A stretch of 64,000 nucleotides of DNA from an uncultured Gemmatimonadales bacterium (lineage in GTDB: Bacteria > Gemmatimonadota > Gemmatimonadetes > Gemmatimonadales > GWC2-71-9): assembly GCA_963817575.1 (NCBI GenBank), contig CAWFOY010000001.1:44548-108547 (forward strand), in the 5' to 3' direction. The first letter of the stretch is position 1. Every line of letters begins with the position of its first letter. This document shows, piece after piece, positions 10,047 through 17,860 of the stretch. Position numbers and translations under genes: made by a program. The notes under the pieces were generated by a model. The model ran no database searches. It was not told where the DNA came from and saw nothing but the letters and a program-made list of their open reading frames with translations.

Positions 10047-11111
10047 TCAAGAGACGACGGCTGGCGCCCTGCGCCGGCCGTTCGTCGTTTGGAGCCCGTG
10101 GAGCGCCAGCACCGCGGCCGTGAGCACCAGAACCGCGCCCGCCTGGTGGAGCGCCGCGATGGGAATCGGCACGGCGAGCAGCAGGGTCGTCACGCCCAGG
10201 CCCGCCTGGGCCGCGGCGAGAAGTGCCAGTGCCCCCAGTGCCCGTCGCGTCGACGGGGGGGCGCTCCGCCGCCCACCCGTCCACAGCGCGAAGGCTCCCA
10301 GCAGCACCCCAAGCCCCAGCAGGCGGTGATGGAATTGCACCGCCCCCGGATTCTCGAACAGGTTGAGGTACCACGGGGTGAGCGCCGTGTACCCGGGTGG
10401 AATCACCCGGCCGCCCATCAGAGGGAACGTGTTCCACGCCTTCCCGGCGTCGAGCCCAGCCACGAAGGCACCCGAGAGAACCGTCAGGAACACGTAGAGA
10501 GCGAACCCTGCTACAACGCGGCGCAGCGCAGATTCCGCCTGTCCGCCTGACCGTCCGTCCGCCTGTCCGACGCCAAGCAGATCCGCCGCAGTCCAGACCG
10601 TGATGACGTAGATGACCAGCGCCAGTGCCAGGTGGGCGGCGAGGCGGTACTGGCTCACGTCCGTGCGCACGGTGAGGCCGCTCTCCACCATGTACCACCC
10701 CATCGCGCCCTGCAGCGCGAGCAGGACGAGGAGCAGCGCGAGGCGGCGCGCCAGAGGGCCGCTCACCATCCGCCTGGCAAGGAACGCGAGGAACGGCACC
10801 GCGAAGGCGAGCCCGACCAGCCGCGCCCAGAGCCGATGCACGTACTCGACCAGATAGATGCGCTTGAATCCGGCCAGGGTCATGCCGGGATTGTGAAGCT
10901 GATACTCCGGGATCTGGCGATACCGGGAGAACTCTGCCTCCCAATCAGCGGCGGAGAGGGGCGGAAGCGTTCCGGAGACGGGCTTCCATTCGGTGATGGA
11001 GAGGCCGGATTCCGTGAGTCGGGTGATGCCGCCGATGACGACAGTCAGGAGCACCAGAGCGGCCCAGACAGCGAGCCAGAGGCCGATGGTGCGGCGGTGG
11101 GTGGGATGCAT
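10047..11111 (-). CDS. ctaA: Heme A synthase (COX15/CtaA family)
   Basis: 354-aa polytopic ORF. The N-terminus GGITRLTESGLSITEWKPVSGTLPPLSAADWEAEFSRYRQIPEY is diagnostic of the COX15 type. Confidence 0.9.
   Translation of the reverse strand: MHPTHRRTIGLWLAVWAALVLLTVVIGGITRLTESGLSITEWKPVSGTLPPLSAADWEAEFSRYRQIPEYQLHNPGMTLAGFKRIYLVEYVHRLWARLVGLAFAVPFLAFLARRMVSGPLARRLALLLVLLALQGAMGWYMVESGLTVRTDVSQYRLAAHLALALVIYVITVWTAADLLGVGQADGRSGGQAESALRRVVAGFALYVFLTVLSGAFVAGLDAGKAWNTFPLMGGRVIPPGYTALTPWYLNLFENPGAVQFHHRLLGLGVLLGAFALWTGGRRSAPPSTRRALGALALLAAAQAGLGVTTLLLAVPIPIAALHQAGAVLVLTAAVLALHGLQTTNGRRRAPAVVS
10535..10572. repeat. Octamer array (CCGCCTGT type, about 4.5 units) inside the ctaA CDS
   Basis: The sequence ccgcctgt ccgcctga ccgtccgt ccgcctgt ccgacg encodes the loop GVGQADGRSGGQAE on the minus strand. 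Confidence 0.75.
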
Positions 11112-11116
11112 GCAGG

Positions 11117-11122
11117 AAAATA
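11117..11122 (-). promoter_or_regulatory. -10-like TANNNT (TATTTT) 5 nt before the ctaA ATG
   Basis: The minus strand reads ctgacccg ctgacccg ctgacccg ctg TATTTT cctgc ATG. No SD sequence is present. Confidence 0.3.
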
Positions 11123-11149
11123 CAGCGGGTCAGCGGGTCAGCGGGTCAG
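11123..11149. repeat. Octamer array (CAGCGGGT)x3
   Basis: Read directly from the sequence. There are four GGG tracts on the plus strand, and the array lies immediately upstream of the ctaA start. Confidence 0.85.
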
Positions 11150-11151
11150 GG

Positions 11152-11191
11152 CCGAGAAAAAGGTGGGGCCCGAATTCATCCAGGCCCCACC
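11152..11191 (-). terminator. Intrinsic terminator downstream of the LysM transglycosylase gene
   Basis: The minus strand has a 9-bp GC stem (GGTGGGGCC / GGCCCCACC) and a 12-nt loop, followed by TTTTTCTC. Confidence 0.75.
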
Positions 11192-11221
11192 CGCATTCCA
11201 TTCGTCCGCCTGACCGCCGGT

Positions 11222-12895
11222 TTAGGCGGTCCTGCCGCCCTTGCGCACCTTGAGCTTCTGGCCGACGAGAATGCGGTCGCTCCTGAGGCTGTTCAGGCGC
11301 TTCAGCTCGGCCTGCGTCATCCCGTACTTCCGGGCGATCGTCCCGACGGTCTCACCCGAGCGCACGACGTGGACGCTCGACCGGCGCGACGGCGCCCGCG
11401 AGGCATCCTGGGTCGCGGCGATCGCTGCACGGGTTGCCGCCGAATAGCCCTCGGTGGGAATGACGATGGTCTGACCCACCCGGATCATGCCCGACTTGGG
11501 GATCTTCGGGTTCGCGTCCCGCAGGTAGCGCGTGGACACGCCGTAGCGCTTCGCGATGCCGCCCAGCGTCTCGCCACTCCTGACGCTGTGGGTCCGATAG
11601 GCAACCCGCTTCGATGGGGGCAGCTCGGCGTAGGCGACCCGGGTGGCATCACCGGTCCCGACGGGCACCCGCACGACCGCGCGGGTGCGCGGAGGAGTCA
11701 CCAGGCGGATGTAATGAGGGTTCAGGTCGCGGATGTCGCTCAGGGGAGCGCCAGCCAGGCGGGCGACCACGTCCAGGCCGGTCTGGTCGGGGACGATGAT
11801 CGAGTCGTACGCGAACGCGGGGATGTCGGGAATCGGCGCGAAGCCGTACCGCATCGGGTCCTTGGCGATCAACGCCGCGGCGATCAGCTTCGGCACGTAG
11901 TCCTTGGTCTCGCGCCGGAGGAAGCGGGTGTCGTAGAGCCGGAAGAAGTCGGCGTCCCTGTTGACCTCTTCCTCTTCCGCATCTCCCGCTCCCGACAGAT
12001 CCACCACGTCCACCACGTCCACGACCTCGGATGGATCGTCCGGAAGCCCCCGGAGTCCGCGCGAGACCTTGCCGGCACCCGCGTTATACGCCGCGGCAGC
12101 GAGGTAGATCGAACCGAAGCGGTCGCGCAGGTCGTCCAGATGCCGTGCGGCGGCCTGGGTGGCCCGCACGGGATCCCGCCGCTCATCCACCCACTGGTCG
12201 ACCCGGAGGCCGTACATCCGACCCGTGCCCTTCATGAACTGCCACATGCCCGTCGCTCGGGCCCGGCTCACGGCGGAATTCGAGAAGCCGCTCTCGATGA
12301 GCGCCAGGTAGACCATGTCGCCCGGTACATCCTCCAGCCGCAACTGCTCACGGATCATCGACTCGTAGCGCGGCATCCGGGTGAGCCAGATCGCCATCCG
12401 CTCCCGGCCCTTGCCCTGGAAGAAGTCCAGGTAGTACTGCACCCGTTCGTGGCTGGCGTAGGTCTCGACGTCGATGTCCCAGGTGAGCGCCTCACCCAGT
12501 GCATTGGCCCCGCCGTGAGTCCCGTCGGCCCCGGCGTTGCTGTCGGGACGAGCCTCGTCCAGCGCCGCGAGGGCGGCGGCATCGGCGGCCGAGTCTCGTG
12601 CACTCTCGAGCAGCGCCACGACGTCAGGCTCGGTCACACCGATGGCAGGCTGATCCTGCGGTGCAGGGACAATCGGAGCGGGAACCAGTTCGGGTGCGGA
12701 TGGGGCGGAGTTGGTAACCGGAGCGGTCGCGACCGGGGTCGGCGGCTCGGAAGCCCGCTGGCCCGCACAGGCAGGCAGGACAAGCGCAATGACAACTGCC
12801 AAGGGACCAAAGCGATGCACGGGACGGCTCTCCCGGGGTGCAGGCGAAATGTACTCCCCGCGCCCTGGGCACGGAGCCAAACGTCGGATGGACAT
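11222..12895 (-). CDS. Membrane-bound lytic murein transglycosylase D-like protein with two C-terminal LysM domains
   Basis: The SLT core is LALIESGFSNSAVSRARATGMWQFM..AAAYNAGAGKV. Two LysM repeats are present (HSVRSGETLGGIAKRYGV.., HVVRSGETVGTIARKYGM..) and there is a lipobox-like LVLPAC. The start is uncertain: the track start is 13027, I chose ATG 12895, and a GTG further in is possible. Confidence 0.85.
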   Translation of the reverse strand: MSIRRLAPCPGRGEYISPAPRESRPVHRFGPLAVVIALVLPACAGQRASEPPTPVATAPVTNSAPSAPELVPAPIVPAPQDQPAIGVTEPDVVALLESARDSAADAAALAALDEARPDSNAGADGTHGGANALGEALTWDIDVETYASHERVQYYLDFFQGKGRERMAIWLTRMPRYESMIREQLRLEDVPGDMVYLALIESGFSNSAVSRARATGMWQFMKGTGRMYGLRVDQWVDERRDPVRATQAAARHLDDLRDRFGSIYLAAAAYNAGAGKVSRGLRGLPDDPSEVVDVVDVVDLSGAGDAEEEEVNRDADFFRLYDTRFLRRETKDYVPKLIAAALIAKDPMRYGFAPIPDIPAFAYDSIIVPDQTGLDVVARLAGAPLSDIRDLNPHYIRLVTPPRTRAVVRVPVGTGDATRVAYAELPPSKRVAYRTHSVRSGETLGGIAKRYGVSTRYLRDANPKIPKSGMIRVGQTIVIPTEGYSAATRAAIAATQDASRAPSRRSSVHVVRSGETVGTIARKYGMTQAELKRLNSLRSDRILVGQKLKVRKGGRTA

Positions 12896-13068
12896 AGGTG
12901 CCGTACGTGCCAATCCTATGCCACGATTCGCAGGTTGGTAACCTGTTGCTGCGGTTCGACTTGAGACCTTCGCGGCCTGTTCGGACTGATGCGCCAGGCG
13001 GTCAACTGCCCGGATTCGGGCACCCAACCTGCCGCAGTGATGCGCGGACGCCCCATGGCGTTGCGACG

Positions 13069-13479
13069 TCAGGGGATAAAGAGCCGGTTGCCGAGGAGCC
13101 GATTCGTCGCGTTCAGGACGGCGAGGGCGGCCGCTCGTGCGGTGTCCTCCTCGGTGAGAACCGACCCAACCACGCGCCGCGGCATCCCCTCCCCGTGCGT
13201 GGACAAGGCGACGATCACCACGTTCGTATCGAATGCACGGATGGCCTTCACTCCCAGAAACTCAAAATTGATCGTGCCCTGCACCGCCTGGGTAAGCGCG
13301 GAAGTACAGGCCTGCGCCGCGCAACGCAGCTCCCCGGCCGGCGAGGAAAGGCCCTCGCACTCGGCGTGGTATCGCGTCTGCTCGCCCTGGGTCAGGACGA
13401 CCGTCGCCCGGCATCGGCCACTCGGCAGGCGATCCATCCGGAATTCGGTAAAGCGCAGGCGTGGGTGCGTGTCGTCCAT
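13069..13479 (-). CDS. Hypothetical protein (internal two-fold repeat)
   Basis: 136 aa counted from ATG 13479; the track start at 13530 would overlap the divergent gene. I recognise no family. The two halves each end in an Ala-rich helix (ELRCAAQACTSAL and DTARAAALAVLNA). Confidence 0.5.
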   Translation of the reverse strand: MDDTHPRLRFTEFRMDRLPSGRCRATVVLTQGEQTRYHAECEGLSSPAGELRCAAQACTSALTQAVQGTINFEFLGVKAIRAFDTNVVIVALSTHGEGMPRRVVGSVLTEEDTARAAALAVLNATNRLLGNRLFIP

Positions 13480-13524
13480 GCGAGGCCTTGAGAGCGTGAA
13501 GGGGAGGCTGTAGTCTCCCCAGCC

Positions 13525-14436
13525 ATGCAACGTGTGATTCGCTACCTGCCGGTGGTCCTGCTCCTCTCGGCGGCGCCCGCGAGGGCGCAGCTACCGGCCC
13601 GGCTCGGGGAGGAGCTCCGGGCTGAGGCCGCCGCCTCGGGCGCCGAGATCGGGATGGCGCTCCTCGACCTCGGCAGCGGCGATTCGCTCTTCCAGAATGC
13701 CCACTGGCGGGTCCACGCGGCCAGCACGATGAAGATACCCGTGCTGCTGGAACTCGCCCACCGGGTGGACGCTGGGGATCTGACCTGGACCAGCCGCCTC
13801 GCCGTTCGCAATCGGTTTCGCTCAGTGCTGGACGGATCGCCCTACGCGCTGAGCCCCTCCGACGATTCCGACAGCACCTTGTATCTCCGTGAGGGAGACT
13901 CGGTGCCGGTGCACGAACTCGCACGCCTCATGATCGTCCGGAGCAGCAATCTCGCCACCAACCTGCTGATGGGCCTGCTCGACCCGGCGCGGATCAACGC
14001 GCGGGCGCACGCGCTGGGAGCGGATTCGATCGACGTGCGCCGCGGCGTCGAGGACCAGAAGGCGTTCGACGCCGGCATCATCAACTCGACGACCGCTCGC
14101 GACCTGGCCGTCCTCCTGAGAGCGCTCGCCGCCGGGACGTCGGCGTCGCCGGCGTCGACGCAGGTGATGCTCGGGATCCTGTCCGCCCAGGAATTCCGGG
14201 CCGGGATCCCCGCCGGGCTCCCTGCGGGCATCCGGGTCGCGAACAAGACCGGCACGATCACCGGGATTCACCACGACGCGGCCGTTGTATTCCCGACGGG
14301 GCGTTCGCCCTATGTCCTCGTCATCCTGACCCGGGGCTTCGCCGACGAGGCGGCCGCGGATCGGTACATCGCACAGGAATCCCGGAAGGTGTGGGGGGCG
14401 CTGGGCGGGCGGGCACAGGGGTCGCCCGTCAAATAG
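13525..14436 (+). CDS. Class A beta-lactamase-related serine hydrolase, secreted
   Basis: A signal peptide is present, with SxxK (ASTMK), an SxN-like motif (RSSNL) and KTG (NKTGT) in canonical order and spacing. Confidence 0.8.
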   Translation: MQRVIRYLPVVLLLSAAPARAQLPARLGEELRAEAAASGAEIGMALLDLGSGDSLFQNAHWRVHAASTMKIPVLLELAHRVDAGDLTWTSRLAVRNRFRSVLDGSPYALSPSDDSDSTLYLREGDSVPVHELARLMIVRSSNLATNLLMGLLDPARINARAHALGADSIDVRRGVEDQKAFDAGIINSTTARDLAVLLRALAAGTSASPASTQVMLGILSAQEFRAGIPAGLPAGIRVANKTGTITGIHHDAAVVFPTGRSPYVLVILTRGFADEAAADRYIAQESRKVWGALGGRAQGSPVK

Positions 14437-14677
14437 CGTCGAATTTCACCTCGAGCTGGCGGCCCGGGTCCTCGGGCTGACGCACGACGTCCACCTCCAG
14501 GCGGGGCCGGCCGGCCTCGTCCACTTCCACCGTCAACACCATCATGAGTCCGTCGGAGGTCTCCAGCCGGAACTGGCGGAGATCCGAGCGCATCACGACG
14601 TCGGTGATCACCTTGCCGCGGAGCGCCGCGAGCGACTCCGCGACGCGCCGGAGGTCCTGCATCGAGACCTGCGTCAT
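14429..14677 (-). CDS. Hypothetical small protein (82 aa)
   Basis: Starts at ATG 14677, 13 nt after the upstream small ORF. The composition looks coding (MTQVSMQDLRRVAESLAALRGKVITDV..). I recognise no family. Confidence 0.45.
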   Translation of the reverse strand: MTQVSMQDLRRVAESLAALRGKVITDVVMRSDLRQFRLETSDGLMMVLTVEVDEAGRPRLEVDVVRQPEDPGRQLEVKFDAI

Positions 14678-14690
14678 GGGGGCGCCTGGG

Positions 14691-14930
14691 TCAGCCGAGA
14701 TGTTCGGTGAGGATCTCGGCGAGCCGGGCGACCGGGATCTGGTCGGCCTGTGTGAACAGCGCCGAGCGGGAAGTGGACTCAAGCGGATATGGTGCCCAGA
14801 AGCTCCGGCTCTCGGGGCCGGCGGCGCGGAACGAAAGCACCAGCCGCCAGTATGCGGCGTTTGGCGTGCGTTCTGCGGCCATCGAGATCTTCCACGTAGT
14901 GTCGCCGACTTCGACGACGCGCCAGGCCAT
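14691..14930 (-). CDS. Hypothetical small protein (79 aa)
   Basis: ATG 14930 is preceded by AAGGAGA at 7 nt. It lies downstream of ilvE on the same strand. I recognise no family. Confidence 0.55.
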   Translation of the reverse strand: MAWRVVEVGDTTWKISMAAERTPNAAYWRLVLSFRAAGPESRSFWAPYPLESTSRSALFTQADQIPVARLAEILTEHLG

Positions 14931-14992
14931 CGTGAGGTCTCCTTGAGATGCTCCGCGAATATCCCCGCGTATCGGAACGCGGTCAAGGGCGC

Positions 14993-15853
14993 TCATCCGC
15001 GGGTCAGCGCGTGGAAGCGGGTAATCAGCTCGCGCGTCACCAGACCGACGGGCCCTGCGCCGATGGTCCTTCCATCGAGGCTGCGGATCGGCGCGATCTC
15101 GGCAGCGGTGCCGGTGAAGAAGGCCTCATCGGCGGTGTAGACGTCGTACCGGTTGAGCGGCTCCTCGCGCGCCGGAATCCCGGCCCCTGCCGCCAGCTCG
15201 AGGATGACATCCCGCGTGACGCCCCGGAGAATTCCCGCGTAGGCCGGCGGCGTGCGCAGCTCGCCGCGCTTCACAATGAACAGATTCATTCCGGAGGCCT
15301 CCGCCACGTATCCGGCGCTGTCGAGCATCAGCACCTCGTCCACCTGGGCCTGGATGCCTTCGACCTTGGCCAGGATGTGCGGGAGGTAGTTGAGCGACTT
15401 CACCCGCGGAGACAGGGCCTCGCGATGCGGGATGGGCGTGCCAGCAGTGAGCACGGTGAGGCCCTGTTCGTAGCGCTCCGGCGGCCACAGCGAGATGGAA
15501 TCGAAGATGATGATGACGGTGGGCCGGGCACATTTCCGCGGGTCCAGGCCGAGATCGCCGGCTCCGCGGGTGATGATGTGGCGCAGATAGCCCTCGGCCA
15601 GGTGGCCGCGGCGGACACCCTCCTCCGTCACCCGGATCATCTCATCTTTGGGGAAAGGGACTGTCATCCAGATCGCGTGGGCGGAGTCGTACAGCCGGTC
15701 CACGTGCTCCTCGAGCCGGAAGACCTTTCCGCCGTAGACCCGCATCCCTTCAAACACGCCGTCGCCGTAGAGGAGACCGTGATCGAACACCGACACCTTG
15801 GCCGAGTCGCGGTCGTACCACTGGCCGTCGATCCAGATCAGGGACACGGTCAC
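14993..15853 (-). CDS. ilvE: Branched-chain amino acid aminotransferase (fold type IV PLP enzyme)
   Basis: 286-aa ORF with a GTG start. It carries the motifs HGLLYGDGVFEGMRVY, SPRVKSLNYL and EAFFTGTAAEIAPI. Confidence 0.88.
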   Translation of the reverse strand: MTVSLIWIDGQWYDRDSAKVSVFDHGLLYGDGVFEGMRVYGGKVFRLEEHVDRLYDSAHAIWMTVPFPKDEMIRVTEEGVRRGHLAEGYLRHIITRGAGDLGLDPRKCARPTVIIIFDSISLWPPERYEQGLTVLTAGTPIPHREALSPRVKSLNYLPHILAKVEGIQAQVDEVLMLDSAGYVAEASGMNLFIVKRGELRTPPAYAGILRGVTRDVILELAAGAGIPAREEPLNRYDVYTADEAFFTGTAAEIAPIRSLDGRTIGAGPVGLVTRELITRFHALTRG

Positions 15854-15887
15854 TCCAAGGCAGAACGCGGGTGAGTTGTGAGGGGGA

Positions 15888-15960
<73 letters not shown>

Positions 15961-16000
15961 GAAGCGGAGGAAAGGTTGCATCGGGGGAGGGGGGATTCAA

Positions 16001-16080
16001 GGGCGGATGGGCAGATGGGCAGATGGGCAGATGGGCAGATGGGCAGATGGGCAGATGGGCAGATGGGCAGATGGGCAGCC
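16001..16080. repeat. Octamer array, 10 units (GGGCGGAT, 8x GGGCAGAT, GGGCAGCC)
   Basis: Read directly from the sequence; it contains 8 perfect consecutive copies. It begins 41 nt upstream of the tRNA-Lys 5' end and is followed by the core CGAAGGTACTGAC. Confidence 0.95.
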
Positions 16081-16107
16081 GAAGGTACTGACAGCCCGTA
16101 TGCCGTT

Positions 16108-16680
16108 TTATGACAGGAACAGTTTCGCTATCAGCGCTCCTCCTGCACCCAGGAGCTGGCCCGCGAGGACATCGGTCACATAGTGCACTCGGAGGTAGAC
16201 TCGGGAGGCGCCGACGATGACGGCCAGGGCGAGGAGTGCCGCGCCTAGGAATCCCGGCCCTGTCAGGAGGACCGCCAGGGCAATCGAGATGCTGGCGGCG
16301 GCGTGGCCCGAGGGAAACGAGAACGCATCCGGGATGTGCACCAGTACGTCGAGCGAATCCACCGAAAGATGGGGTCGCGCGCGGACAACCGTTCGCTTGA
16401 GCGTTTGCACCGCGAGGTGGGAAGCGAGGTTGGCCAGTGCCGTCGCGATGCCGAGGGGGCGGGTGGCTGGATGTATCAGGAGAAACGCGGAGAAGAGGAT
16501 CGTCGCCCGGGCCCCGCCCGCGTGGGTGAGCGCGCGGAACCCGCGGTCGAGCCAAAGCGGCGCCCGCCGGGCCGCGATCCCTGCGAGCCACGCCCGATCC
16601 CAAGTGCCGACCTGCTCAACGATCATCCGCATCGTAGTGTCCCCCGTGAGGACGAGCGAATGATCCGCGGCAGGGGTCAC
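16108..16680 (-). CDS. PAP2-family phosphatase (phosphatidic acid/undecaprenyl-PP phosphatase-like)
   Basis: The tripartite PAP2 motif is present: KRTVVRARP, PSGH and SRVYLRVHYVTD. The start is GTG, with an alternative ATG a little downstream. Confidence 0.85.
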   Translation of the reverse strand: MTPAADHSLVLTGDTTMRMIVEQVGTWDRAWLAGIAARRAPLWLDRGFRALTHAGGARATILFSAFLLIHPATRPLGIATALANLASHLAVQTLKRTVVRARPHLSVDSLDVLVHIPDAFSFPSGHAAASISIALAVLLTGPGFLGAALLALAVIVGASRVYLRVHYVTDVLAGQLLGAGGALIAKLFLS

Positions 16681-16712
16681 GCGGGGCGGACGGATGTGTA
16701 ACAGGAGGGTGA

Positions 16713-16821
16713 CGGGGGACAGGTTAGGAAGTTGGGAAGTCAGGCAGTTGGGATGTCAGGAGGTCGGGAAGCTAGAGGGCAGGTCGTCCCACCTGTCCGC
16801 CTGTCCGCCTGTCTGCCCGCC
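16713..16821. repeat. Two adjacent 8-bp-period arrays (GGGAAGTY-type, then CCTGTCCG x3)
   Basis: The first array is aggttagg aagttggg aagtcagg cagttggg atgtcagg aggtcggg. The second is cctgtccg cctgtccg cctgtctg cccgcc, which abuts the rnhB stop. Confidence 0.8.
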
Positions 16822-17450
16822 TACAGTAATCCCAGCTGAGCTACCGGCCCGAAGCTCCTGCGGTGATGCGGGGTGGGGCCCCGCTCGGCGAGGGCGAGCA
16901 GGTGGCCCTCGCTGCCGTAGCCCTTGTTGGAATCCCAGGCGTAGCCGGGATGGCGGAGCGCGAGGCGCCGCATCAGCCGGTCCCGTACCGTCTTGGCGAT
17001 GATGCCCGCAGCCGAGACGCTCTGGCAGTGGGAATCGCCCTCGACCAGCGCCTCGTGGAGGAAGCCGATTTCCGGCATCTGCAGGCCGTCGAGGAGCAGG
17101 CGGGGAAGCGGGTCAGCGGGACAGCGGGTCAGGATGCGGACAACAGCCCTTCGCATGGCCAGCGCGGTGGCCACCCGGATGTTGAGCCGGTCAATCTCGG
17201 CCACGGAGGCGGCCCCAAGGGCCAACGCCAGTGCCGCCCGGCGGATCGTGACCGCAAGGGCTTCCCGCTGCGGGGCGGAGAGCGTCTTGCTGTCGCGGAG
17301 CCCGGCGAGGCGGTGGGCGCCGGCCGGAAACACGACGGCCGCGGCAACCACTGGACCCGCCAGTGGGCCGCGGCCCGCTTCGTCCACTCCGATGAGCAGC
17401 CGTCCCTCCGCCCAGACGGCCGCCTCACGGGACAGCGTCGGACGGCGCAC
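16821..17450 (-). CDS. rnhB: Ribonuclease HII
   Basis: The motifs IGVDEAGRGPLAGPVVAAAV, DSKTLS and SAAGIIAKTVRD are present. I chose GTG 17450 as the start because the track ORF (16821-18122) runs on through rplS and trmD in another frame. Confidence 0.88.
   Translation of the reverse strand: MRRPTLSREAAVWAEGRLLIGVDEAGRGPLAGPVVAAAVVFPAGAHRLAGLRDSKTLSAPQREALAVTIRRAALALALGAASVAEIDRLNIRVATALAMRRAVVRILTRCPADPLPRLLLDGLQMPEIGFLHEALVEGDSHCQSVSAAGIIAKTVRDRLMRRLALRHPGYAWDSNKGYGSEGHLLALAERGPTPHHRRSFGPVAQLGLL
17107..17133. repeat. Octamer array (AGCGGGTC type, 3 units) inside the rnhB CDS
   Basis: The sequence agcgggtc agcgggac agcgggtc encodes LTRCPADPL on the minus strand. Confidence 0.65.
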
Positions 17451-17461
17451 GGCGAGGTGCC

Positions 17462-17824
17462 CTAGTTCTCGCGCTGTTCCTTGATGCGCGCCGCCTTGCC
17501 CGACAGCGCGCGCAGGTAGTAGAGCTTGGCGCGCCGCACGCGGCCTCGCCGCACTACGTCCACGGACGCGATGATCGGGCTCTGCATCGGGAAGATGCGC
17601 TCGACACCGACACCGGCAGAGATCTTCCGCACGGTGAAGTTCTCGCTCACCCCACCGCCGCGCTTGCCGACGACCACGCCCTCGAAGGCCTGGAGCCGCT
17701 CCTTGTCGCCCTCGCGAACGCGCACCATCACCCGCACCGTGTCGCCCGGATCGAAGGCCGGGAGGTCTGTGCGCAGGGTTCCATGGGAAACCGCCGTCAA
17801 CCGTTCCATCGTCGTCTCCTCCAC
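17462..17824 (-). CDS. rplS: 50S ribosomal protein L19
   Basis: The motifs [29 protein letters not shown] and RRAKLYYLR are present, in the conserved trmD-rplS context. Confidence 0.93.
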   Translation of the reverse strand: MEETTMERLTAVSHGTLRTDLPAFDPGDTVRVMVRVREGDKERLQAFEGVVVGKRGGGVSENFTVRKISAGVGVERIFPMQSPIIASVDVVRRGRVRRAKLYYLRALSGKAARIKEQREN

Positions 17825-17860
17825 TGTGGGCCCCGTGGACCCCGTCTGCCGATGCCGCCG

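Noticed and set aside
12896-13068. c-di-AMP (ydaO-type) riboswitch upstream of the LysM cell-wall hydrolase gene
   Set aside because: The context is suggestive and I saw CGAATCC- and CGAATCG-like segments. I could not reconstruct the conserved pseudo-two-fold helices or ACGGGG-type boxes by eye. An Infernal scan is needed, so I am not reporting it as a feature.
16001-16080. Possible CRISPR array, given regular short repeats in non-coding DNA (also at 20739-20838)
   Set aside because: The units are 8 nt and directly abutting, with no spacers. Repeat length is far below CRISPR repeats, and there are no cas genes in the window. These are microsatellite-type arrays.
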